Source: a virus. From it: a DNA stretch of 64,000 bases. The stretch covers positions 1 to 64,000 of the IMG/VR virus record IMGVR_UViG_3300030333_006551; one strand, written 5' to 3'. Of the stretch, positions 47,369 to 55,923 are shown one piece after another. Below the pieces are notes generated by a model. That model was not told the DNA's origin. It saw only the letters and a list, made by a program, of their open reading frames with translations, and ran no database searches. The translations under genes and the position numbers were made by a program. Each line of letters opens with the position of its first letter. The first letter of the stretch is position 1.

Positions 47369-47540
47369 GCGTGTATTATATCAGGACTAGGCCCTAGAGG
47401 CAAGTACAAAGCATGATTTATATTGAGACATCCTAAGCACTAGGAATACCCAATGTTTGGCGGAGGATTTCGCAAAGGACTATAGGATTCCCCATTTGCG
47501 CCACCCGTATACATCGTACAAGTATTTCTAAGTTAACACT

Positions 47541-47614
47541 AAAAAAATTTTCAAAAAAAATTTTCAAAAAAATTGGACTTAGTTTTTGGGACTCCTAATT
47601 TGTTGGGACTCCTA
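47541..47614. repeat. A-tract tandem repeat and short direct repeat at the divergent strand switch
   Basis: AAAAAAATTTTC-AAAAAAAATTTTC-AAAAAAATT and two copies of TTGGGACTCCTA. Confidence 0.75.
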
Positions 47615-47623
47615 TATAACTAT

Positions 47624-47998
47624 ATGAAAGCATACGAAAAAATTTATAGGTTTTTAACGGAAGACACCCCATCTAAAACTGAGGTTTCTGTTAAGAAGGC
47701 TTTAGGTTGGAAAACAAGACCTGAAGATGATCCCAACATCGATCCAGGTACAAAAAGAGTTAGAATTCGAAAACGCAAGAAACAAAGACTTGGATCTATT
47801 CTAGCTACGGGGGGCGTAAAAAGACTTGCAAGAAAGGCTAAGAGTTCAGTTTACACTGATACTGAAGCAGAAGCAGTAGAGCACATGCTTAAACATAAAA
47901 AGGAACAAGGAAAAAAACGAAAGGCAGAAAAAGCAGAGGCTTTCGCGCGAACGAAAGCATTTACGTCTGGATCTTATCCACAACAAAGAGGTAAGTAA
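47624..47998 (+). CDS. Basic putative internal head protein
   Basis: MKAYEKIYRFLTE leader; CTATATA upstream. Confidence 0.6.
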   Translation: MKAYEKIYRFLTEDTPSKTEVSVKKALGWKTRPEDDPNIDPGTKRVRIRKRKKQRLGSILATGGVKRLARKAKSSVYTDTEAEAVEHMLKHKKEQGKKRKAEKAEAFARTKAFTSGSYPQQRGK

Positions 47999-48390
47999 TG
48001 AACGCATACGAAAGAATTTATACATTGTTAACAGAAGCTAAAAGCCCAGCTTCTCATGGCGCAGATGTCTTTCATAAGAAGCTAGGTAATGCTGGTCCTG
48101 GAGAGACCAAAAGAGCCGAGGCTGCTCTTAAAGCCAGCAAGGAAGCAACGGAGCGAAGAAGAAAAAGACAGGAAGCAGTTAAGTTTAAAAGAGGTCAAAA
48201 GATCTTTGGAAAGTACAAAGGATTTGTTCCTGGCACACCTGAAAGTAGACCTACTGCTGCATCAGAACCAACGAAACCTCGTATTAAGGGAGGGCATCAA
48301 GATTGGAGTTATAAAACCACTACGACCAAAGGTGGGGAAAAAATTAAGTGGAAGAGGCTTGGAAATAGTGGTCAATGGATTAGAGCATGA
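47998..48390 (+). CDS. Basic putative internal head protein
   Basis: MNAYERIYTLLTE leader. Confidence 0.6.
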   Translation: MNAYERIYTLLTEAKSPASHGADVFHKKLGNAGPGETKRAEAALKASKEATERRRKRQEAVKFKRGQKIFGKYKGFVPGTPESRPTAASEPTKPRIKGGHQDWSYKTTTTKGGEKIKWKRLGNSGQWIRA

Positions 48391-48665
48391 TGAACGCATA
48401 CGAAAGAATTTATAGTCTATTAACAGAAGAAGGCAGGTCCAACCCACAACTAGACTATATTCTCAAGTCTAAAGAAAATGTAATGAGTGGAGCTACTAGA
48501 GCATTCCGTAGAGGAGCCACACAAGCTAAGAAGACAGGTAAAGGCAACAGAGGAGAGGATAAAATTCTTAATGTTCCTAGAACCTTTAAAGCAATGTTAA
48601 GAAGAGGTCGTAAGGCTAGACAACAAGGTAAGATGAGAAAATTTGTAAAGGATGTAACACCATAA
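48387..48665 (+). CDS. Basic putative internal head protein
   Basis: MNAYERIYSLLTE leader. Confidence 0.6.
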   Translation: MMNAYERIYSLLTEEGRSNPQLDYILKSKENVMSGATRAFRRGATQAKKTGKGNRGEDKILNVPRTFKAMLRRGRKARQQGKMRKFVKDVTP

Positions 48666-49231
48666 TGAATACATACAAAAAAATTCGCGGCCTCCTAACG
48701 GAGGCGCAAAACATTCCTAGGAGAGGATTTGTGCAACAGCATCGTGATGACACAAGAGGAAAGGGTCAACCAAAAGGAGCTTTCTCTGTGCAAATGGCGA
48801 AAGATGATATGGCTGTTGACGCTGAAAAGGATGCGCTAAAGAAGCAGGATAGAATGAGAAACTTTATTTCTAAGTTGGGTAGCGCGATGTTCAGAACAAA
48901 AAGAAGAGCACACTTGCAAAAAATGAAGGCTGCTGGTATTGCTGATGCTAAGGAGAGTAATATGAAAGGATACGAGAGATTATATGAGATGATTCTTGGA
49001 GAAGGTAAAATGCAATCACGCGATTACGCTGGTCATGAGGGAAGAATGAAGGGTCATATGGCTAGAATCCAAAATGATCCTAGATTTGAAGAGCCTGATC
49101 CTAAAGCAAAAGCCCGAGGTGCAAAGGGTGCCCAAAAAACAAATAAGAAAGGTAAAAGCCAAAGTCGTGGATCGAATCCTCAAGAATATGGCGATTTTGG
49201 TGGTGAAACTAGAGGGGAAACACGAAGGTAA
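48665..49231 (+). CDS. Basic putative internal head protein (two fused units)
   Basis: MNTYKKIRGLLTE leader and internal MKGYERLYEMILGE preceded by AAGGAG. Confidence 0.6.
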   Translation: MNTYKKIRGLLTEAQNIPRRGFVQQHRDDTRGKGQPKGAFSVQMAKDDMAVDAEKDALKKQDRMRNFISKLGSAMFRTKRRAHLQKMKAAGIADAKESNMKGYERLYEMILGEGKMQSRDYAGHEGRMKGHMARIQNDPRFEEPDPKAKARGAKGAQKTNKKGKSQSRGSNPQEYGDFGGETRGETRR

Positions 49232-49713
49232 TGAAAAACCTTTTAATAGTCTCAACTTTGCTTTTTCTAACTAGTTGTAGCACTATTAAACATGCTATCG
49301 GCGGTGCTGTAGGAGGGGGAGCAGTTGCTGCGTTTATTCCTGAACCTGCGGCTGTAGCTGCTGGTGCTGCTGGAGGCGTGATGGTGACAGAGCTTATTAT
49401 GCCTTCACAAAGTCCTGCTGCTGTAGTTGCTCAAGTAGCAGGTGCAGGTCCTGTACAAGGGACTACTGCTTCTACTTTACACGAAACAGGCGGACTGATT
49501 AAAACAATAGGCTATTGGTATTTAATCCTCTTTGTATTCTTACCTCTCTTTAGTAAGAAAGGTCGGACTTGGTTTAAGAAGTTTGGTTCTATTCATAATA
49601 CTGTATCACAAGCTGATATTGATGCGCGAGACGATGAACAAGATAAAGTTATGAAAGAGAATATAAAGCGTATCGAAGCTTTAGAAGAACTTGCCAAAAA
49701 AATGAGGGGTTAA
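49231..49713 (+). CDS. Glycine-zipper lipoprotein with a transmembrane helix
   Basis: LTSC lipobox, GGAVGGGAV/AAGAAGG, hydrophobic YWYLILFVFLPL, coiled-coil tail. Confidence 0.6.
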   Translation: MKNLLIVSTLLFLTSCSTIKHAIGGAVGGGAVAAFIPEPAAVAAGAAGGVMVTELIMPSQSPAAVVAQVAGAGPVQGTTASTLHETGGLIKTIGYWYLILFVFLPLFSKKGRTWFKKFGSIHNTVSQADIDARDDEQDKVMKENIKRIEALEELAKKMRG

Positions 49714-49714
49714 A

Positions 49715-50185
49715 ATGCGCTCTACTTGGCGAGAAACTATTGAACCTAGATTTAATCCTTGTTATCAAAAAGTGGATTCTCAAGCCTGTGCTATTGTATC
49801 TATTTACACTCAAATTATTAACGGTTTAGTTGTTCAAGGAACTGAAATTACTGTTGAAGTTCATAGAGAAGGGAAGTGTACTTGTGAAGGTCCCGAGAGA
49901 AGTGATTTATCCCCTGGATTACCTTTAGATGCTCCATCAAGAACAAAATTGGCCGAATGGTGTTTTTCTTGGACTGATGTTAAAAAGAATGGACAATTTT
50001 GTTCTTGTCCTGATAACTGTAAGGGTGAGTTTCCTATGTCTACCTGGAGTGATACCGTAAGAATTGCGGGTCTTGTGGGAAAAACTTTTGCTGATGTTGA
50101 TAGTACTGGAATAGTGTCTGGTTGGGTTGAGAAACTAGCCAAATTATCTATACCAACTCTCATATGTTGTGAGAACCCCTTATAA
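49715..50185 (+). CDS. Cys-rich hypothetical protein
   Basis: 10 Cys with CTC, CSC and terminal CC. Confidence 0.6.
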   Translation: MRSTWRETIEPRFNPCYQKVDSQACAIVSIYTQIINGLVVQGTEITVEVHREGKCTCEGPERSDLSPGLPLDAPSRTKLAEWCFSWTDVKKNGQFCSCPDNCKGEFPMSTWSDTVRIAGLVGKTFADVDSTGIVSGWVEKLAKLSIPTLICCENPL

Positions 50186-50484
50186 CTAAGGGACTATTAA
50201 AAAAATCGGCGGCCCTACGGGCTATGTAAATGTAAAAATAATACGACTGTAATATATCAAGGAAACATATATACAGTAGGTTAGATTATGAACGAAGTTA
50301 GAAAACAACGCACCCTTCCTTTGGCATGGCTTAAAAAAATTACTTGGCCTGAGGATCAGACGGATATTAAGAGAGCTTTTGGTAGTGCAGAATCCGTTGT
50401 ATGGCATGCTATTTATGAATGGCATCCTAGAAGAGCGTCAGGAGGCTGAGGGGGCAATTAACCCCTCCAGTTGGAGGAACATTT

Positions 50485-52137
50485 ATGAGTTGGGGAAATG
50501 TAAACGAGAACGCACCTTGGGGCAGTGAAAAGCAAACTACAAGCCCAAATTGGGGTAGTGAAACCGAATCTTTAGGGTGGATTGCAGCAGATGAGCCAGC
50601 CCCAGATAGAACAACAGCTAAAAAATGGTGTTGTTATAAGCATGGTAGATGGGTTGTTGTAGGGTGTGGTCCTGGCATGGGTTGTGGGGGTCCAGGGCCT
50701 ACGGAAGTTAAGTGGGATGAAAGTTGGTACTGTAAAGAGTGCATCCCCAGCGATAATTGCGAATGTGTACATCGTAGTAAAAGTGCTTGCGAAGCTGCCT
50801 GTAAGGAGGAAGATGATGATAGAACACGAATTCCTGATCCTTGGTATGGTGGAGGTTATAGTCCAGACAACTATGAGGATTGGAATTTAGGCTATTGTAT
50901 TCCTTTTAGATGTATGTCCTTAAATGGCGGAACTAATGGGGAAGGATTTAATCCATTTGGAATACATCGCGGTGAGGGGATAGAAGATCTTGAAGCTCAA
51001 CGACAGCATTTGGAAAATCAGATGACAGTTTTACGAGCTTTAATGAGACCAGAAAGCCAGATGAATGAGAGGCCATGCAATCAAGGTTGGCCCAATAGAC
51101 CTCCTGGACAAGGTGTTAATGGAGAGGGCGGTCCTTGTTCCCCTAATGGTTATTATGGTGTGAGAGGCGATCCTGGTCCCGTAGATCCTGGATTAAACCT
51201 GAATGGTACAGCGCATGGCTGCTTACAGATTAGACAACCTTATTGGTTTGATGCTCAAAAGTTTTATGCAAAAAAAATCGGAGCGCCTACAGACTCTCAA
51301 AGGCTAAATGGACCTCCTTCTTGTCCTCAAAGGTATGATTATCCTGATCCTGAAGAAACTAACGGTCGGCCTGAAGGTTATGCGTTTATAGAAGCTTATG
51401 AAATTAGTTGTGGTAAACTATGGAGTGGGGCGTATAAAGATATAAGTCCTAATGCAACCGCAGCGCAGCTTAGATTTGCAATTCCCCCTGGAACATTTCA
51501 TATGCCTTATACTAATCCGAATATTGGCTCCTATAGAAATAGAACCATTCAAGTCCAAAATTGGAATCAAAGGCATGAAAGTTGTGATTTTGTCCCAGGA
51601 CCCTTAGATGCTGCTTGGGTTAATCCTAGAACAGGTAAGGATGGAGATCAATACCCTGTTCCTGAGTATAATGATAATACATACAATGATAAAAAACATT
51701 GGTCTTTCAAAGCAGGTATGGGAGAATGGAGTAAACAGTGCGCTTGTGATTATAGTTTCTGGATTGCTGGTTTATACATGATGGAGTGGGAAGGCGAAGG
51801 GGTTCATCGAGGCATTTCCTATTGGTGGAGTGATCCTGGTAAATTTTCGCCTTCGGATATTGTTAGATATCACCATTTAGGTGGGACGGATGCTAGAAAA
51901 GGCCAACCTTCAGCGGGATGGAACTCTATCGGAAAAGGGAATGATGATTGGCATCAGTGGCAAGCTCTACTACAATACGAAGAAGAAAAATGTGGCGAAG
52001 CTGATCTTACTAGTGATTCTTGGAAAGCTTGCGCGGACGCAGCTAAAGCACAATACTTTGGTAATAGTAGAAGTGAGGATCTTCCTCGGACTCAAGGGGA
52101 GAACTACGGTTCTCTATATAGACCTCACCACCACTAA
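50485..52137 (+). CDS. Cys/Gly/Pro-rich protein with a probable lysozyme-like (i-type/destabilase) domain
   Basis: ALMRPES, GD.G...AHGCLQIRQPYWFDA, C..DYS..I...Y, IVRYHHLGG. Confidence 0.55.
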   Translation: MSWGNVNENAPWGSEKQTTSPNWGSETESLGWIAADEPAPDRTTAKKWCCYKHGRWVVVGCGPGMGCGGPGPTEVKWDESWYCKECIPSDNCECVHRSKSACEAACKEEDDDRTRIPDPWYGGGYSPDNYEDWNLGYCIPFRCMSLNGGTNGEGFNPFGIHRGEGIEDLEAQRQHLENQMTVLRALMRPESQMNERPCNQGWPNRPPGQGVNGEGGPCSPNGYYGVRGDPGPVDPGLNLNGTAHGCLQIRQPYWFDAQKFYAKKIGAPTDSQRLNGPPSCPQRYDYPDPEETNGRPEGYAFIEAYEISCGKLWSGAYKDISPNATAAQLRFAIPPGTFHMPYTNPNIGSYRNRTIQVQNWNQRHESCDFVPGPLDAAWVNPRTGKDGDQYPVPEYNDNTYNDKKHWSFKAGMGEWSKQCACDYSFWIAGLYMMEWEGEGVHRGISYWWSDPGKFSPSDIVRYHHLGGTDARKGQPSAGWNSIGKGNDDWHQWQALLQYEEEKCGEADLTSDSWKACADAAKAQYFGNSRSEDLPRTQGENYGSLYRPHHH

Positions 52138-52158
52138 ATAAACATAAGGAGATATTTC

Positions 52159-52866
52159 ATGGGATCAACAAGTTTTGGAACTGCTGCTACAACACAAACT
52201 ATGGTTTGTTTTGAAGATAGGTATTGGGAAGGAAGCTGGGAAATTCAACGGCAGTCAGTAATAGATAGAAGAGGTCGAAATGTTATATGGACATACGAGA
52301 TGAAGCTTGAAGGAACATTTCATCAAGAATGTTATTGCGTACCTGGAGATGAGGCAGAGAATCCACAACCACCTAAATGGAAAGATAAAGATGTTTATAA
52401 TGACGTTACAGACGTAGAGTTTGAAGAAGGTTCAAATGAAACTGATCCTTTTGAGGTGGGAACATTAACAACTGCGAAAGGTGAAATACGTTTCCGTCCC
52501 GCTGGTTATCCTAAGCGTAAGGGTGATTGCATTGTACTTCCTGAAAATCCCTATGTTGGCGCTCCAAGAAGAAAAAATTGCAATTGTTTTAAAGATCAAC
52601 GCTGGAATTTCAGGTGGGTGTTTCAAATCGACGAAAATCCAGAAGACCGCTCTCTCCACCGTAGTACTTCAGAACGCGCCAAAAGAAGAATACAGATAAA
52701 AGTTTATGAAGCCAGTAGGGAGGGAGCTGCTGATCTTAGCTCTGAAGCTGCTGATGCTAATGATGATCCTTTTAACCACCCTAATAATGGTGGAAGTTTT
52801 TCTGACCCTAACAGTAATTTCTTAGGTTGTAGCTGTACCGAATTTGTTGATGTTTTCGGAGTTTAG
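52159..52866 (+). CDS. Cys-rich hypothetical protein (FG-leader family)
   Basis: MGSTSFGT start, three CxC motifs; CTAAATA and AAGGAG upstream. Confidence 0.65.
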   Translation: MGSTSFGTAATTQTMVCFEDRYWEGSWEIQRQSVIDRRGRNVIWTYEMKLEGTFHQECYCVPGDEAENPQPPKWKDKDVYNDVTDVEFEEGSNETDPFEVGTLTTAKGEIRFRPAGYPKRKGDCIVLPENPYVGAPRRKNCNCFKDQRWNFRWVFQIDENPEDRSLHRSTSERAKRRIQIKVYEASREGAADLSSEAADANDDPFNHPNNGGSFSDPNSNFLGCSCTEFVDVFGV

Positions 52867-52868
52867 AC

Positions 52869-53204
52869 ATGAGTGACTATGTAGTTTTGCAATTTCAAGG
52901 TGGTGGTCCAAGTGAAGCCACAATGATTGATGTTACAGATGCCTATCCTGGTGTAGGTGAGAAAAAAGGCGATAGAATCTCAGAGAAGAGCAATAAACAT
53001 AGACCTTATTCGAATTGGTTAAGTGGCAGATATGAAGGAGGAGCGCAACCCAAAGACATTTTTGGATCGGACTGGAATTCTAATACTTATGAGTATGAGC
53101 AAGGCCCTACAATTTATATTGTAGTTGCAGGAGAAAAAAACAGTAGAAGACGTAGGTTTACTAGAATCAAGGGAACAGGTAGTCATAATCCAAGAGGTAA
53201 TTAA
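52869..53204 (+). CDS. Hypothetical protein
   Basis: GGAG RBS. Confidence 0.55.
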   Translation: MSDYVVLQFQGGGPSEATMIDVTDAYPGVGEKKGDRISEKSNKHRPYSNWLSGRYEGGAQPKDIFGSDWNSNTYEYEQGPTIYIVVAGEKNSRRRRFTRIKGTGSHNPRGN

Positions 53205-53280
53205 ATTTATAAGTAACAATATTTAGAGCTTGCCTAAATATATTGGTAGGGTGCTTAGAGAAAATTAAATAGGTGTTATT

Positions 53281-53667
53281 ATGGTAGACAAACCAATGGT
53301 TGACAATAAAGGGTATATAGATGTTCAATCTGCTCTCAAATTAAAAGAAGCAGAGGGACGAGTAGAAGTTGATAAGTTAAATGCAGAATCAGATGCTAAA
53401 TTTAGAGAACTATTAATTCGTGAAAGTGCAAAGGAAACAGCTTCAAAACACTTAGCAAAATTTGCAGGGTTTTATTTAACTTTCCTAGTTTGCACATTTA
53501 TTTTTTCAATACAATTTGTTCCCGAAACTAGTATCGCAGTTGTTGCTGGTTTAATTACGCTTGTCGTGACTAATTTATCGACCATTCTTAAAGGAATTGT
53601 TGAGAATGGCGATAAAAACGAAGAAGAGCTTCATGAAGAAGCCAAGAAAAGAGGATATATGAAATGA
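53281..53667 (+). CDS. Two-TM membrane protein (holin-like topology)
   Basis: Two adjacent hydrophobic helices with charged termini; CTAAATA upstream. Confidence 0.5.
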   Translation: MVDKPMVDNKGYIDVQSALKLKEAEGRVEVDKLNAESDAKFRELLIRESAKETASKHLAKFAGFYLTFLVCTFIFSIQFVPETSIAVVAGLITLVVTNLSTILKGIVENGDKNEEELHEEAKKRGYMK

Positions 53668-53864
53668 ATTGGTTTTGGGGATTTTGGTTTAAAGATAAAT
53701 TTAGAACACCATTTTCTGTTTATAAAATGAGCTTTGCAGAACTTATTATTTTAGCAGGTATGTTTTTCGGTGTGGGTTATGCTTTAACACTCGGTGTGCA
53801 GAAGTTATTAGACTTACGCACATCTTTTAAAGGAACTGCTGTTGAGGCAGTAGAAGGAGAATAA
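53664..53864 (+). CDS. Small single-TM protein
   Basis: LIILAGMFFGVGYALTL. Confidence 0.5.
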   Translation: MNWFWGFWFKDKFRTPFSVYKMSFAELIILAGMFFGVGYALTLGVQKLLDLRTSFKGTAVEAVEGE

Positions 53865-53865
53865 T

Positions 53866-54081
53866 ATGAATTGGCAAAATAAATTATACAAGAGTTTAAC
53901 TGAGACTCGTGCTAGGTACGGTGGTATGGTCGGATACTCAGGTGGCGGTGGCAGCAATAAGCCTGGAGTAATCATGAGTATTGAGACCGATAAGGATGGA
54001 AACAAGTTTGTAGTTAAAAAAGATAAAGAAGGAAATGTAGTTAGTAGAAAACCAGCAAAATCATTACCTAAAAAGAAATAA
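53866..54081 (+). CDS. Basic putative internal head protein
   Basis: MNWQNKLYKSLTE leader. Confidence 0.55.
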   Translation: MNWQNKLYKSLTETRARYGGMVGYSGGGGSNKPGVIMSIETDKDGNKFVVKKDKEGNVVSRKPAKSLPKKK

Positions 54082-54087
54082 ATTGTG

Positions 54088-54240
54088 ATGCATTGGGAAC
54101 AAAAAATACTTGAAAACATTTTAGATGTAGCTACTAGTAAAAAACCGATAAAAAGATCAAGAGGTTCTATTCGTGACAAGCTATCTCCTACTATGCAAAA
54201 AGTATGGGATAAGGCACAAGCTCGTAAAAAAAATAAATGA
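54088..54240 (+). CDS. 50-aa basic putative internal head protein
   Basis: Hand translation MHWEQKILE... Confidence 0.5.
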   Translation: MHWEQKILENILDVATSKKPIKRSRGSIRDKLSPTMQKVWDKAQARKKNK

Positions 54241-54392
54241 AATGGCAACAAAAACTTCTTGAGAGAGTAAAAAATCCCTGGGCTATATGTACAGACTCTG
54301 TTGAGAAAACGGCTGGACCAGGAAGAAAAACCTGGTCAAAAGCCGCAAAATCTCGTTATGAGAGATGTGTTAAAAAAGTGAAAGCAAAATGA
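54237..54392 (+). CDS. 51-aa basic putative internal head protein
   Basis: Hand translation MKWQQKLLERVKNPWAICTDSV...RYERCVKKVK; ATGA coupling on both sides. Confidence 0.55.
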   Translation: MKWQQKLLERVKNPWAICTDSVEKTAGPGRKTWSKAAKSRYERCVKKVKAK

Positions 54393-54721
54393 ATTGGAAA
54401 GATAGATTATTAACTGAGATTACAAAAGCGGAAGAACAGCCAGAAAGAAAAATGTCAGGAGCTACACGCGCATATAAGAGAGCTTTTTCTAAATCTTGGA
54501 AACAAGGAGGGAAAGCAGGAAAACTTGTTTACAAGGCAGGCGAGGGAGAAAAGTCAGGAAGCTATATAGGAAAATTGCATGCCGCTACTATGCGAACGGT
54601 GGCTGACAGATTAAGAGCACAATCAACAAAAAATTTAGACACTGCGATTAAATTGAGACCTCTTATACCTCAATCAAGAACAAGACAGCAAATAAGATCA
54701 AGAGATGTTAAGTTACGATAA
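54389..54721 (+). CDS. Basic putative internal head protein
   Basis: MNWKDRLLTE leader. Confidence 0.55.
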   Translation: MNWKDRLLTEITKAEEQPERKMSGATRAYKRAFSKSWKQGGKAGKLVYKAGEGEKSGSYIGKLHAATMRTVADRLRAQSTKNLDTAIKLRPLIPQSRTRQQIRSRDVKLR

Positions 54722-54992
54722 TAGTTGGAGTCAGGACAATAATATGCCAATAAGAATGCGAATAGAGATTGCTTTATCTGATTTAATAAACAATTGTATT
54801 TCATTAGAAAAGAAGCTAAAAGAAGAAGGCTTCATTACTAAATAAAATAGAGGATTATTATGAAACTAAAAAGATTTATGATTCCCCGAGTAGCCAATTG
54901 CTGAAAGGGAGCATAGTTGTTTAGTTAAACAATAATTTATATTAGTTTTTGTCTATTTTAACGCCTAAATAAAATAGATATGGAGATAACAC

Positions 54993-55859
54993 ATGACTAG
55001 CACAAAGACAGCAGCACCATTTTATAAAGCATGGCCTGGAGGAGTAGATCAGACAACGCAGTCTCTTGCGACTTCTGGTGATACTTCGGGTCTTGGGGAT
55101 CTTTCTGGTCCTTGGTTTATTGAGACACAATCATTAAATTATAACTACTTACGAGTTCCTATTGGAAGTGTATCTTCTATGTCAGTAGGATTAAGCAGCA
55201 TAACTATGGAAGGAAAAATTGATAAAACTGTCCTTCTTATTATTGCTGATTGTAACTACACCGCAGTAAGCAGTAATACCTTTTTTGCAACTTCAAGCTT
55301 CCAGCAAGCGCAAGATTTTATTGTGCAATCCGTGAGTGCAGACGCTAACGGGGAAACATACGGAAGTTCACTAGCTGTGGGTGCTTTTGGTCCCAGGGGT
55401 CGTGTAATTACAGACCATCCATACTACTCAAGAAAGCCTTATGTGGAGGGTAGGGATATTATACAAACTCAAAGTTCTAGAGGAGCAATGAATTTTGTAG
55501 CCGTTTCTGTTTCCTCAAATAACGGAGTTTCAATCCCTGTTATTTTAAATGAGTATCAGTCACTAGAGGATCTTATGACGCCTGAACATGCACATTCTTG
55601 GAACACTATGATGGGCGCAAAAGGCACTCTTCTTGGTGTTGAATCACAACCTCAACTTGGTCTCAAGTTTGGTGGATATAGTGTACAGTTAGATACAATT
55701 GACGATGTTCGTGTTACAACAGATGAAATTGGAAGATTATTTAAAGATGGGCACTTAACAGATGGCGCAGGTAGACCAGCAGGTACTGAACATCATGGCG
55801 CTGGAATGCATAATGTTTCGGTTAATATGTATGATTATACACATCACAACTGGACATAA
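54993..55859 (+). CDS. Putative virion protein, paralogue 1 of 4
   Basis: SGP..IETQSL.Y.Y.RVP, TSSF.Q.Q.F.V.SVSAD..G.TYG; ends HNWT. Confidence 0.65.
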   Translation: MTSTKTAAPFYKAWPGGVDQTTQSLATSGDTSGLGDLSGPWFIETQSLNYNYLRVPIGSVSSMSVGLSSITMEGKIDKTVLLIIADCNYTAVSSNTFFATSSFQQAQDFIVQSVSADANGETYGSSLAVGAFGPRGRVITDHPYYSRKPYVEGRDIIQTQSSRGAMNFVAVSVSSNNGVSIPVILNEYQSLEDLMTPEHAHSWNTMMGAKGTLLGVESQPQLGLKFGGYSVQLDTIDDVRVTTDEIGRLFKDGHLTDGAGRPAGTEHHGAGMHNVSVNMYDYTHHNWT

Positions 55860-55923
55860 TAATTTACACAAAATAAAGCTAGACAACACTAGATATATTA
55901 GGAGAACAATTTAGGAGACTTTC

